DNA of 45,338 bases, taken from a virus. A program made the position numbers and the translations under genes. The first letter of the stretch is position 1; each line of letters begins with the position of its first letter. The notes below the pieces were generated by a model. The model had not been told where the DNA came from, did no database searches, and worked only from the letters and a program-made list of their open reading frames with translations. The stretch is from IMG/VR virus record IMGVR_UViG_3300003973_000003, positions 1 through 45,338 of that record. The stretch is one strand, 5' to 3'. Of the stretch, positions 36,579 through 44,246 are shown piece after piece.

Positions 36579-37124
36579 TTATTGAATGACAGCGTAGTGT
36601 ACATTAGCGGCCTTCAATACGTCAAGGTTTTCTTTCGCCGTCAGTATCGTGTGAGTGTTACGCATGTCGTTGAACGTCGATTCGAAATATGCGTCGGCTT
36701 TCTGCAATGCCTTTTCTGCGCCAGCTATTTCCCAGTTACTGAGCATGATTAATACCGGGGTCAGCGGTTCGGCCCAATCGGCGCTTACTGCCGACGCTTG
36801 ATCGAACAGTTCAGGTTTGAACACGGCGTTACTATTATCCACTTCGAAGTCGCCGTACAGCCAGTCATTACGTTGTTTCGGCGACATTGACAACGCCTCG
36901 TTATACACCGACGCAACCTCTTCTTCCGAAAGACCACAGTTGGCGGCGCGAGTTATCTTTGCGATGAACTGTTTTCTTTCGGATTCACCCATAACCTCGA
37001 ATGCTTTGTCGGGGTTAGGTTTCGTCCAGTGTGTATCCCGTTCGTGCGTTACCCCGGCACAAAAGCCGATGGCGAACGCCAGGAAAAAGAAGCCGACAAC
37101 ACAAGCGATGTATGTAATAGTCAT
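36579..37124 (-). CDS. Membrane-anchored hypothetical protein
   Basis: 181 aa from the internal ATG 37124. The N-terminal TM is ITYIACVVGFFFLAFAIGFCAGV. Confidence 0.6.
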   Translation of the reverse strand: MTITYIACVVGFFFLAFAIGFCAGVTHERDTHWTKPNPDKAFEVMGESERKQFIAKITRAANCGLSEEEVASVYNEALSMSPKQRNDWLYGDFEVDNSNAVFKPELFDQASAVSADWAEPLTPVLIMLSNWEIAGAEKALQKADAYFESTFNDMRNTHTILTAKENLDVLKAANVHYAVIQ

Positions 37125-37226
37125 TTGTAATACCCTTTCATTTGAACAGCAAGATAAGAAGGCCGATGACAGCGGCGCTTGCCACACGGAACAGCAAGCG
37201 CATTCCAATTTCTTTGATAAAATCTT

Positions 37227-37457
37227 TCACTCGTAACCCTCACTACGCAACGGTTTAGTTTTCAACCGGCCATTTACGTCAGCCGGTAACGTAATTATAG
37301 CATCTTTCTTAGCCTTTCGGGCCGAACCTTTCTTGCAGTCTAAGTTACAGTAGTCGCCCCATCCTCTTGCTGCGTGGACTTGACGAACCCGGTTTACAGT
37401 GCCGCAGAAACGACACTGCTTTTCAACCATCGACGTTCCGTAAGCCGGTTTCGTCAC
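37227..37457 (-). CDS. Small zinc-ribbon protein
   Basis: 76 aa with CRFC...CNLDC and a basic C-terminus. Confidence 0.55.
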   Translation of the reverse strand: MTKPAYGTSMVEKQCRFCGTVNRVRQVHAARGWGDYCNLDCKKGSARKAKKDAIITLPADVNGRLKTKPLRSEGYE

Positions 37458-37669
37458 GATAATTCGCCGAAACGAATTCGAGCTACGCCATGTATGTCTC
37501 GGATTTCGCTGATCATCCCGTTAGGGTGACGCGATACACCTTTCTCGTGTATCGCCCTGATTTCCTTGCCAGCCGCTTCGTAGACTGCGCATTGCAGCGG
37601 GCCAGCCGTTTCCGGCAGTACGTCGAGGGTGTAGAAGCCGTTAACTACTCGTGCTCTAGGTTTCAGCAT
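37454..37669 (-). CDS. Hypothetical protein
   Basis: 71 aa with an ATGA overlap with the downstream gene. Confidence 0.5.
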   Translation of the reverse strand: MLKPRARVVNGFYTLDVLPETAGPLQCAVYEAAGKEIRAIHEKGVSRHPNGMISEIRDIHGVARIRFGELS

Positions 37670-37679
37670 GACGAACCCC

Positions 37680-37931
37680 TTAAACGAAACGGACGCGGGA
37701 CAGCAGCGGCGACATGGTGGCCTTCGATTCCAGGCGCACGCGGACGCGGTGGACGGATGGTCGGGAACCGGCGAAGTTCGATTTGTCGCTACCGGCCATT
37801 TCCAACACGGGTTTTGTCAGGCCCAGGACGACGCCAGCGCGGACAGTGCCGTTTGCCAGGGTGAATTGGATTGGTTTGCCGGTCAGGGCTTTGATTGCGC
37901 GATAGGCTTTGCGGCGTTGTTGTGCGTTCAT
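37680..37931 (-). CDS. Hypothetical basic protein
   Basis: 83 aa with SD AAGGAA upstream. It is the first gene after the terminator at 37981-38001. Confidence 0.5.
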   Translation of the reverse strand: MNAQQRRKAYRAIKALTGKPIQFTLANGTVRAGVVLGLTKPVLEMAGSDKSNFAGSRPSVHRVRVRLESKATMSPLLSRVRFV

Positions 37932-37980
37932 GGTATTCGTTCCTTAGTTTAGGTGGATAACAGTTCGGTGCTTCTACTGG

Positions 37981-38001
37981 AAAAGCCCCGTCGTGCGGGG
38001 C
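37981..38001 (-). terminator. Rho-independent terminator inside the early leftward operon
   Basis: Minus strand GCCCCG-cacga-CGGGGC followed by UUUUCC. Confidence 0.6.
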
Positions 38002-38007
38002 AGTTTG

Positions 38008-38307
38008 TTACTTTAGTGCGGCTTCGACTTCGCGTATGAATTCGACCATGTATTTCTGGCGGGCTTTACCTCGCAGCGGAACGCCGATGTTGTTTCTACT
38101 ACGAAGAAAGCTGTATTGCCAGAACGTACCATCAGGTTGCTGAACGACGCGCTTAACTTGGTTTCCGTTCGTACCGCTTTCATGCTGCCAAGTCATTTTA
38201 CCGCCGATGGTGAAAATGCTGTATTCGATAACTGAGTCCATTTCGTTCTCGCTTTCGGTGTTTGGTTTCGATGTAGTGATTATGCCTGAGCCAAACACCG
38301 ATTGCAA
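38008..38307 (-). CDS. Hypothetical protein (start uncertain: TTG at 38307 or ATG at 38241)
   Basis: The ORF-track start is a TTG codon 4 nt after the upstream stop. An internal ATG (MDSVIEYS...) has a weak SD. Confidence 0.5.
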   Translation of the reverse strand: MQSVFGSGIITTSKPNTESENEMDSVIEYSIFTIGGKMTWQHESGTNGNQVKRVVQQPDGTFWQYSFLRSRNNIGVPLRGKARQKYMVEFIREVEAALK

Positions 38308-38310
38308 GCA

Positions 38311-38562
38311 CTATTTATCGAACCCCATCATCTGTAACACATGTCCGATTTCGTGGACTTCCAGGCCACAGAGTTCGGCCCTAACCATTTCGGTACGCTG
38401 GTTAGTCAAATATAACGAACCTTCGCTGTAGAAGTTACCGCCCGTACGAACTTCGTCAACGATATGGGTTAGGCCGAAGTGCTTGGCAATTTGCCGTGCG
38501 TAACGCGTCTTACCACTTGCGGCGGGGCCGTACACGAGTACACTTGGTTTACGTTTCGACAT
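38311..38562 (-). CDS. Miniature P-loop protein (Walker A only)
   Basis: 83 aa from ATG 38562 with SD AAAGGAAACATCATG. Walker A: VLVYGPAASGKTRYARQIA. Confidence 0.6.
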   Translation of the reverse strand: MSKRKPSVLVYGPAASGKTRYARQIAKHFGLTHIVDEVRTGGNFYSEGSLYLTNQRTEMVRAELCGLEVHEIGHVLQMMGFDK

Positions 38563-38607
38563 GATGTTTCCTTTCAATGATGCCCACACTAGGCGGGCAG
38601 GGTTGCG

Positions 38608-38784
38608 CTAGATTCGCCAGCTATACACGTACAAGGTCGCTTTGTAGCAGACAGCAACGCCGCGATTGTCACCGTAGCGTTCCAGCGCATGATTAACGAA
38701 CTGGGTTTCGGCGCATTTCTGTGTCTTGACCAACGTAGCAGCGCATGTGTAGCGCAGCACGTTCACATTGACCTGTTTGGCCAT
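38608..38784 (-). CDS. Hypothetical protein
   Basis: 58 aa from the internal ATG 38784 with SD GGAGG. Its start overlaps the upstream stop (TAATG). Confidence 0.5.
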   Translation of the reverse strand: MAKQVNVNVLRYTCAATLVKTQKCAETQFVNHALERYGDNRGVAVCYKATLYVYSWRI

Positions 38785-38981
38785 TATCGACCCTCCCCGC
38801 TGATTTCGCCCAGGCGTTCGGCGATTTCTTTCTGCGCGTCGGCTTCCACCTCGAACCACGAATCGCCATATTGAGGTTTGCAGCCGATGTACGCACACTC
38901 GTTGTTGGCCGCTTGCATTGTTGCGATGCGGGCGTTAGACGCGCTAATCAACGCATACAGGTGTAAGAGTTCGCCGGTCAT
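38784..38981 (-). CDS. Hypothetical protein
   Basis: 65 aa with an ATGA overlap with the upstream gene. Confidence 0.5.
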   Translation of the reverse strand: MTGELLHLYALISASNARIATMQAANNECAYIGCKPQYGDSWFEVEADAQKEIAERLGEISGEGR

Positions 38982-39316
38982 GATGTAGCCCAGTTGCGGT
39001 TGTTGCCCGCTTCCTCTTTCATTACGGCGATGATACCGCGCATCTGTTCAATGCGCTTTTCGAGAATCAGCCAGTCAGCCAGCGTTAGTTGCGGACTATC
39101 CATTACTTCGGACAGTGCGCGGCTAAGATTTTCCGACAGATGGTCGAACAACGGAATGGTAATACCGTCTTCGGCCGTAATCGTACGTTCCGTGATTTCG
39201 ATCTTACCGTCTGTCGGCGGGATACTGAGTAGCGCGGCCACACGTTTGAGCATGGTTCCCTGGTGTTCGAACTGTTGTTCGCAGTTCGCACCGTCTTTCC
39301 ATTTCAAGATGTACAT
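38978..39316 (-). CDS. Hypothetical protein
   Basis: 112-aa ORF in the operon. Confidence 0.55.
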   Translation of the reverse strand: MYILKWKDGANCEQQFEHQGTMLKRVAALLSIPPTDGKIEITERTITAEDGITIPLFDHLSENLSRALSEVMDSPQLTLADWLILEKRIEQMRGIIAVMKEEAGNNRNWATS

Positions 39317-39318
39317 GA

Positions 39319-39540
39319 TTACCCTTTCGTAGCTTCGGTTTCGAGTTTGATAGCTTTGTTCAAGTCCGACAGTTCGATATATTGATCGGCCAGGATTACG
39401 TTAACTGCTGCCCGGATTTCTTCGGCTGTCATATCGGTGAACGTCATTACATTTTCGATGGCGGACAACGCGTTAGCACGTACGATACTGCGGCTTTGCT
39501 GGTGGCGGTATTCGCGCATCGCAATAGTTTCGTTTTTCAT
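39319..39540 (-). CDS. Hypothetical protein
   Basis: 73 aa, the first gene downstream of the promoter at 39575-39602. Confidence 0.55.
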   Translation of the reverse strand: MKNETIAMREYRHQQSRSIVRANALSAIENVMTFTDMTAEEIRAAVNVILADQYIELSDLNKAIKLETEATKG

Positions 39541-39574
39541 GATTCGCTTCCCTGAGTTGTGTTTCGATATAAGT

Positions 39575-39602
39575 ATTCTACAGTAACAACCCAGGAATGC
39601 AA
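39575..39602 (-). promoter_or_regulatory. Sigma70-like promoter TTGCAT-N16-TAGAAT
   Basis: Minus strand TTGCATtcctgggttgttactgTAGAATactt in a 70-bp intergenic gap. Confidence 0.6.
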
Positions 39603-39610
39603 GCGTTATT

Positions 39611-39991
39611 TTAATTGTCGAAAGTTTGCAACGTGGTGAATCGTTTCGCCGGTATGTGTGTTCGCCCGTCGATTAGCGCCCTGGCTATTCGGTGCCAGCC
39701 GTCCATGATATAGCCGTCGGCGTTGACGATGACGGGTTTAGTGATATCCACGCTGCCCACACGAATCGCATGATGCGCGAGACTGTACGGGGTCAGTGCG
39801 TCCAGGCCGAACGGTGTACAGCCGATATGCACACTGCGAACGTCCATGTCGTACACTTCAAGACCTTCGGCGAGTTCGATCAAGCGTTCGACTGTGACCA
39901 TGCCGTTACCGACAGGACAGTGGTAGTAGTTGTTTGCTGGCGTGATTACTTCAAACTCAATCGGCCCCATGTTACGCAGTCGCTTAGACAT
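39611..39991 (-). CDS. ParB/sulfiredoxin-like N-terminal (nuclease) domain protein
   Basis: 126 aa from ATG 39991 (the ORF-track start at 40000 is GTG). GYIMDGWHRIARALIDGRTHIPAKRF matches the DGxHR core of ParB-like domains. Confidence 0.6.
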   Translation of the reverse strand: MSKRLRNMGPIEFEVITPANNYYHCPVGNGMVTVERLIELAEGLEVYDMDVRSVHIGCTPFGLDALTPYSLAHHAIRVGSVDITKPVIVNADGYIMDGWHRIARALIDGRTHIPAKRFTTLQTFDN

Positions 39992-40244
39992 TGTTGTCAC
40001 CTTTCATCGTTAATAATTCATCAAAGTATTCGATCCGTTCCAGGGCGAAAACATCGCTACCCGTACGCATTTCGATAAGTGTTCGCGCTCCAGCGTTGTA
40101 CTCGCCTTCGAATTCTGCATCGCGCTCTAGCATTTCTACTATGCCCACGATATGCGCTACGGGGATCATCGCCCTGAGCCTGAACCCTTCCGCATTCGGG
40201 TCTTCGTTTGCATAGACCCTCATTATTCTAATGAACCCTGCCAT
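39984..40244 (-). CDS. Acidic hypothetical protein, the first gene after the non-coding region
   Basis: 86 aa with SD GAAAGGA 9 nt upstream. Confidence 0.55.
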   Translation of the reverse strand: MAGFIRIMRVYANEDPNAEGFRLRAMIPVAHIVGIVEMLERDAEFEGEYNAGARTLIEMRTGSDVFALERIEYFDELLTMKGDNNV

Positions 40245-40305
40245 GATGTTTCGTCCTTTCTAACCCTGTTGTCGAAGTATAAGAGGGTCGTCAATGGCTT
40301 TTGAG

Positions 40306-40322
40306 TAGCTAAGTGTTTGATT
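40306..40322. repeat. Left arm of the 17-bp inverted repeat (tagctaagtgtttgatt)
   Basis: The reverse complement of 40465-40481 matches at 16 of 17 positions. Confidence 0.85.
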
Positions 40323-40357
40323 TTAATAATATATATATATATATAATATATATAATA
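40320..40357. repeat. 38-bp tract of 100% A/T with (TA)n runs
   Basis: attttaataatatatatatatatataatatatataata. Confidence 0.95.
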
Positions 40358-40439
40358 CTAGATCACTTTCTATTCGGTTCTAGGAGTTCGGCGATAAGCA
40401 TCCCGCAGATCATGGACACTATCCCATTCTCCTAAAACC

Positions 40440-40455
40440 CCTTATATCCTTATAT
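40440..40455. repeat. Tandem 8-mer, two copies (ccttatat)
   Basis: Read directly from the sequence. Confidence 0.85.
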
Positions 40456-40464
40456 TCTGTTTCG

Positions 40465-40481
40465 AATCAATCACTTAGCTA
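40465..40481. repeat. Right arm of the 17-bp inverted repeat (aatcaatcacttagcta)
   Basis: Pairs with 40306-40322. The arms are 142 bp apart. Confidence 0.85.
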
Positions 40482-40501
40482 TTATATTTGCTATTATATT
40501 T
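40478..40501. repeat. Tandem 12-mer, two copies (gctattatattt)
   Basis: Read directly from the sequence. Confidence 0.9.
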
Positions 40502-40502
40502 T

Positions 40503-40520
40503 GTTATACGCGTTATACGC
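40503..40520. repeat. Tandem 9-mer, two copies (gttatacgc)
   Basis: Read directly from the sequence. It abuts the primase stop codon. Confidence 0.9.
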
Positions 40521-40521
40521 G

Positions 40522-42969
40522 CTATCCTATCCCGAAAGCACGCGGAACCGTAATCATGAAACACTTAGCCGAACTGTTAAAACGCGTATGCGCTACCTGG
40601 GGACTGAGTTCGGAAATATCGCCACGTTCGCGGAATGTCTGCAACACGCGCTTGATCGCGTTCGTTGAACCTGCGCGGTCTTTGCGAAACGAGGATATAC
40701 CCTGCAATCGCCGAGACAGATAGCTATACGGAATCACACGTTCCGAATGCATACCCATTGCGACACCGTAACGTTCAACAGTCGAATACGGGGACATGAT
40801 GTACTCTTTGACTACACGCGTTGCGTCAAGTACTTGGTTCACTTCGTCCGAATTCGCGCCAACGCTACCATTGCTGAAACGAGCAAGCATGTTCCCGCAA
40901 TCGGCCCTGACGATGTTGATTGACCAGTGCGCTATTTCTGCTGTGATAACCGGCCTGAGATAGTTGCAGCCTACCGCGATAAGTGCGCCAAGTTTCATCG
41001 CCTTCAAGTGCGCCCGGTTCCACAAGTTCTTTGTCACCTCTTTGGCCATTTCGCCGTTGATCCGGTCGTCGCACTCTTCGTTTAGCTGGTCGTACATGTG
41101 GGCAGCTTCCGCCGTCTGTTCCACCGGAATAGCATCGTTGGCTGAATTGAGCATGATTGAGTGCGAACACAAGTCGCTGACAGCTTGCAGCAGGTTTTCA
41201 TCTGGAACCATCTTTGACGCGTTCTTATTGAGGCGCGGTCGCTTGCCGTGGTATTCGATCACAGTGAAGCGAGGTAACAGACCCTCCGTAATCATACCTT
41301 CGTCAAGACCTTCATAAAAACGTTCGGGCGTCGATTCTCCGAGTAGCGAATAGTTAGGCGAATCAATCACCGTTGTGTTTTTATCCGCGTCCGCGAAAAT
41401 TGACGGTCGAACAACGTCGTCTTTGCCCGATTTGTTGAACAGGTCAAGCATGGTACGCCGCAGTGCGATCTTATGGGGCGGCGCGTTCCGGTCGGTCATT
41501 TCCTGCAAGTAAATGCCGAATTCACCAACGACCGAAACGAACGAGTTTCGCCCTTTCGACATGAACTTAATCAGCGCTTGTGCACTGGCGACCTCTGACG
41601 GCCCTACGAAATCGTAAGCTCCGTTGACGCGGGTATTCACCCTGGCTAACAGTCGTTCAATACCTGACGCCAGGGATTCTTTGCCCGTACCCGTAGGGGC
41701 CAGCAACAGCAGGTACTGGTTAAGACCCGTCGCTGATATGTTGTATGACCGCCCGCACACGCCAGCCATCAAACCAAGGGCGGCAGTTAATGCGACTTCG
41801 GGAACAGGGCGCGGCGCAGCGCGGTAAATGAATTCGGCAATATCGCCGACAAGTCCAGGCGGCTTACTGTACACGTTACCTAAGCCTGTTGTCAGCGATT
41901 CGGGCGCGTCAAAGTCGCCCCCTGTCCCGTCGTCGTGAACGACCGTTACTGTCAAGTGGGCCGGTACGTTGGCGATTGCAATCGGGGGTGTTTGCATGTT
42001 TTCAATCCTTTCTGTGTTTTCCTGGCGGTTACGGGTAGCAGCAATTGCCGCTTCCAATTGGTTACGCATACCGTCGATATCTACCGGCGGCAACATGCGG
42101 TCGAACGACTTGTCAATCATGTAGTTGATATATGACTTCCCGCGAATGCGCGTCATCTTGTTCCGTTCACCCAATGGGGAATTCTGGAACAGGCGCGTAA
42201 TCTGTTCGCGGTTTTGCGTGTAGAACGCAATGATGTTCACGAACGCTAAGTCGGCTTCGGATTGCGACGGCCAACGTCCGCTTTCTCGCCAGTCGCCGGT
42301 AAGTTGGCGAACGGTTTCGGAGTTCGAAGCGTTCCAGCACATATCTATAATTTCTTGGTCGCTTTGGCGTTGCGGGGCGTTACCGTCGTACCCGGTCTTT
42401 TGTGGGCCGCCGCCAAGCTGATTCCAAAGGATTTGAGCGTTGCGCAGTAACAGATCGCTGCCCACAATAGTCCGTCGTCCGTCGTATACGTTGCCTGTCA
42501 TGGTCATGAAACGGGCGTCGCTATACATTTCGATAGACATGCGGCGACGACCATTCGGCAGGTTAATACCTTTCGTAACGATATGCATCCCATTACCCGA
42601 CGGTGAGATTTCAGAATAGCTATCGAAACCTTCGTAGATGCGGCGCTGTGTTTCCATTACGCCGTCCGGGTCGTCATACTTGAACGAGCCGTCGGGGTTG
42701 CGTTCGTACGCGTTGTCCATATCGATAATCATGTACGGGTTGTCTTTGTTCAGAACAATGCCGATGCCGTCACAAAGGTTGTGATTGAAACAGTTAACAG
42801 CTTCGGCAAACGTTCCCCAGGTGCTAGGGTCGTTCACGTTCGCACTCTTACCCGTTTTAGGGTCAAGTGGTACTTTTGTTGCTTTAACGTCCGGGTCTTC
42901 CTGTACTTTTCGCCATATCACCCAATGCGGGTACTCTTTCATTTCGTTAGGGATATTGTCAAAATTCAT
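40522..42969 (-). CDS. Bifunctional primase-polymerase (AEP) fused to a P-loop helicase
   Basis: 815 aa. The N-terminus has HWVIWR, IIDMDNA (DxD), SPSGNGMHIV and ARFMTMTGN. The central Walker A is LLLAPTGTGKES. Confidence 0.85.
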   Translation of the reverse strand: MNFDNIPNEMKEYPHWVIWRKVQEDPDVKATKVPLDPKTGKSANVNDPSTWGTFAEAVNCFNHNLCDGIGIVLNKDNPYMIIDMDNAYERNPDGSFKYDDPDGVMETQRRIYEGFDSYSEISPSGNGMHIVTKGINLPNGRRRMSIEMYSDARFMTMTGNVYDGRRTIVGSDLLLRNAQILWNQLGGGPQKTGYDGNAPQRQSDQEIIDMCWNASNSETVRQLTGDWRESGRWPSQSEADLAFVNIIAFYTQNREQITRLFQNSPLGERNKMTRIRGKSYINYMIDKSFDRMLPPVDIDGMRNQLEAAIAATRNRQENTERIENMQTPPIAIANVPAHLTVTVVHDDGTGGDFDAPESLTTGLGNVYSKPPGLVGDIAEFIYRAAPRPVPEVALTAALGLMAGVCGRSYNISATGLNQYLLLLAPTGTGKESLASGIERLLARVNTRVNGAYDFVGPSEVASAQALIKFMSKGRNSFVSVVGEFGIYLQEMTDRNAPPHKIALRRTMLDLFNKSGKDDVVRPSIFADADKNTTVIDSPNYSLLGESTPERFYEGLDEGMITEGLLPRFTVIEYHGKRPRLNKNASKMVPDENLLQAVSDLCSHSIMLNSANDAIPVEQTAEAAHMYDQLNEECDDRINGEMAKEVTKNLWNRAHLKAMKLGALIAVGCNYLRPVITAEIAHWSINIVRADCGNMLARFSNGSVGANSDEVNQVLDATRVVKEYIMSPYSTVERYGVAMGMHSERVIPYSYLSRRLQGISSFRKDRAGSTNAIKRVLQTFRERGDISELSPQVAHTRFNSSAKCFMITVPRAFGIG

Positions 42970-43166
42970 TGCTTACCTTTAGTCAGATACATATACAAGG
43001 TTTCAACACGGCATACGCCGGGTTCGGCTGAAACACCACGGGAGAATGAATGTAGCCAATGCAACTGTATCCCAGTGTCACGGGCAATCTGTTGCAGCGT
43101 GAGCGAACGCGGCCGGTTAATCAGGGCGTCACGCGTCATGTCACGCCAGGACGTTTGTGTTTGCAT
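42966..43166 (-). CDS. Small HTH DNA-binding protein (Cro/regulator-like)
   Basis: 66 aa. LTLQQIARDTGIQLHWLHSFSRG is an HTH pattern. It is the first gene of the leftward unit and has an ATGA overlap with the primase gene. Confidence 0.65.
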   Translation of the reverse strand: MQTQTSWRDMTRDALINRPRSLTLQQIARDTGIQLHWLHSFSRGVSAEPGVCRVETLYMYLTKGKQ

Positions 43167-43199
43167 GATGGTCTTTCACTACGGAAATATGATGGCACG

Positions 43200-43227
43200 A
43201 TTATACACGTAAAATTTATTCAAACAA
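43200..43227 (-). promoter_or_regulatory. Leftward early promoter TTGTTT-N16-TATAAT
   Basis: Minus strand TTGTTTgaataaattttacgtgTATAATcg, about 27 nt upstream of the HTH gene start. Confidence 0.6.
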
Positions 43228-43238
43228 TAGTAAAATTT
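43209..43238. promoter_or_regulatory. 9-bp direct repeat gtaaaattt, two copies spaced 21 bp apart; candidate operator
   Basis: Copies at 43209-43217 and 43230-43238, inside and between the divergent promoters. Confidence 0.4.
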
Positions 43239-43241
43239 CTC

Positions 43242-43270
43242 TTGACGCGTGGCATTCGTTCCTTCATACT
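43242..43270 (+). promoter_or_regulatory. Rightward early promoter TTGACG-N17-CATACT
   Basis: TTGACGcgtggcattcgttccttCATACT, about 50 nt upstream of ATG 43324. Confidence 0.65.
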
Positions 43271-43323
43271 TCGTTTCGTCAGTACACAAACAACCCCGAA
43301 ACAACTACCCGAAAGGACACACG

Positions 43324-43809
43324 ATGTTTGCACAAGCGAAACCTACCGAGAACATGAAGGCCGACGAACTGGCCGCAACCCTGGCAACCATGTCGCCAGA
43401 TGCATGTTTGAAAGCGTGGCTCGATTCGAAAGAACTGTTGGCCAAAGTGACCGCCTTCGAAAGCGCCCTGCGCGCCCACAACGTCGCCGTTCGTTTCCCT
43501 AACTTGAAAGCGTCCGGTACGCAAAATTGCGAACTGGGTAACGATTACAAACTCAAGTGCGTGACCAAGACCAATTACAATCTCGGAAATGCCGAAGTTG
43601 TCGAAAAAGCGTTGAAAAAGATCGAATCGAAACTCGGCCCCGACCTGGGCGGCGATCTGGCCCGCCGTCTTGTATCGTGGAAACCTTCCCTGAGCTTGAC
43701 CGAGTATAAAGCCCTGGCCGCACCAATCAAAGCCATCATCGACACGGTGTTGACGACTTCGGACGGTAAACCCACCCTCGAACTGATCGAACCGCCAGCA
43801 GCGAAGTAA
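43324..43809 (+). CDS. Hypothetical early protein, the first gene of the rightward unit
   Basis: 161 aa from ATG 43324 with SD GAAAGGA. Strong G/C-ending codon bias. A hairpin follows. Confidence 0.7.
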   Translation: MFAQAKPTENMKADELAATLATMSPDACLKAWLDSKELLAKVTAFESALRAHNVAVRFPNLKASGTQNCELGNDYKLKCVTKTNYNLGNAEVVEKALKKIESKLGPDLGGDLARRLVSWKPSLSLTEYKALAAPIKAIIDTVLTTSDGKPTLELIEPPAAK

Positions 43810-43816
43810 TCAATAC

Positions 43817-43842
43817 GCCCCGGTTGTCACCGGGGCATTCTT
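43817..43842 (+). terminator. Hairpin, a possible attenuator after the first early gene
   Basis: GCCCCGGT-tgtc-ACCGGGGC followed by attctt, which is a weak U-tract. Confidence 0.45.
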
Positions 43843-43855
43843 AGGAGTGTCAACC

Positions 43856-44245
43856 ATGAGTAACAAGCACGACTTGAAAGGTCTGTTGCGTCGCCACAAT
43901 ATCACCGAAAGCGTGAGTAACGCAACGCAAAGCATCGAAAACGCAGTGCGCGAGGAACGCTTAAAAGCACTGGGGCCAATGGGTCGCCTCATGACCATGT
44001 TGCAGAATCCCAGTGTACCGGATGGCGTTAAAGTTGACCTGAAATCGGTCGATTCGTCTGTTCGCGCCCTGTCCGTTCTGCTGGACATGATTTCGGAACA
44101 AATCCCCGAAATCACCGACGCGCTGGAAGTCAAGCACCAGACAGCCAACGCTGGCGAAGAAAGTTTGATCGCCGGTCGCATCCTGTCCCGCTGGAAACAA
44201 ACGGCGAAATTTGTCGAACAGTTGAAACCGGCAAACGGCGGCTGA
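43856..44245 (+). CDS. Hypothetical protein
   Basis: 129 aa from ATG 43856 with SD AGGAG 8 nt upstream (the ORF-track start at 43847 is GTG). Confidence 0.65.
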   Translation: MSNKHDLKGLLRRHNITESVSNATQSIENAVREERLKALGPMGRLMTMLQNPSVPDGVKVDLKSVDSSVRALSVLLDMISEQIPEITDALEVKHQTANAGEESLIAGRILSRWKQTAKFVEQLKPANGG

Positions 44246-44246
44246 T

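Larger units (their letters stand above)
40245..40521. other. 277-bp non-coding region; candidate replication origin and/or regulatory hub
   Basis: It is the longest non-coding stretch in the genome. It holds a 38-bp pure A/T tract with TA repeats, three sets of tandem direct repeats and a 17-bp inverted repeat pair, and lies directly downstream of the primase/helicase gene. Confidence 0.5.

Noticed and set aside
40276-40294. A minus-strand TTGACG and TATACT pair considered as a sigma70 promoter for gene 39984..40244
   Set aside because: The two hexamers are only 7 nt apart. Neither has a good partner at 16-18 nt, so no promoter is called here, although TATACTTCG resembles the -10 region of the rightward early promoter.
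40320-40357. The TA-repeat / AT tract considered as a CRISPR array or microsatellite-encoded element
   Set aside because: There is no repeat-spacer organisation and no cas genes. It is simply a dinucleotide run inside the non-coding island.
40306-40481. The 17-bp inverted repeats considered as the ends of a miniature transposable element
   Set aside because: There are no flanking target-site duplication, no transposase and no second copy in the genome. I kept it as part of the origin/regulatory hypothesis, but an old MITE-like insertion cannot be excluded without relatives to compare.
42966-43166. The HTH protein considered as evidence for a temperate lifestyle
   Set aside because: No integrase, excisionase, CI-like repressor, attP-like site or partition system was seen. 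The HTH protein is better read as a Cro-like early regulator of a virulent phage.
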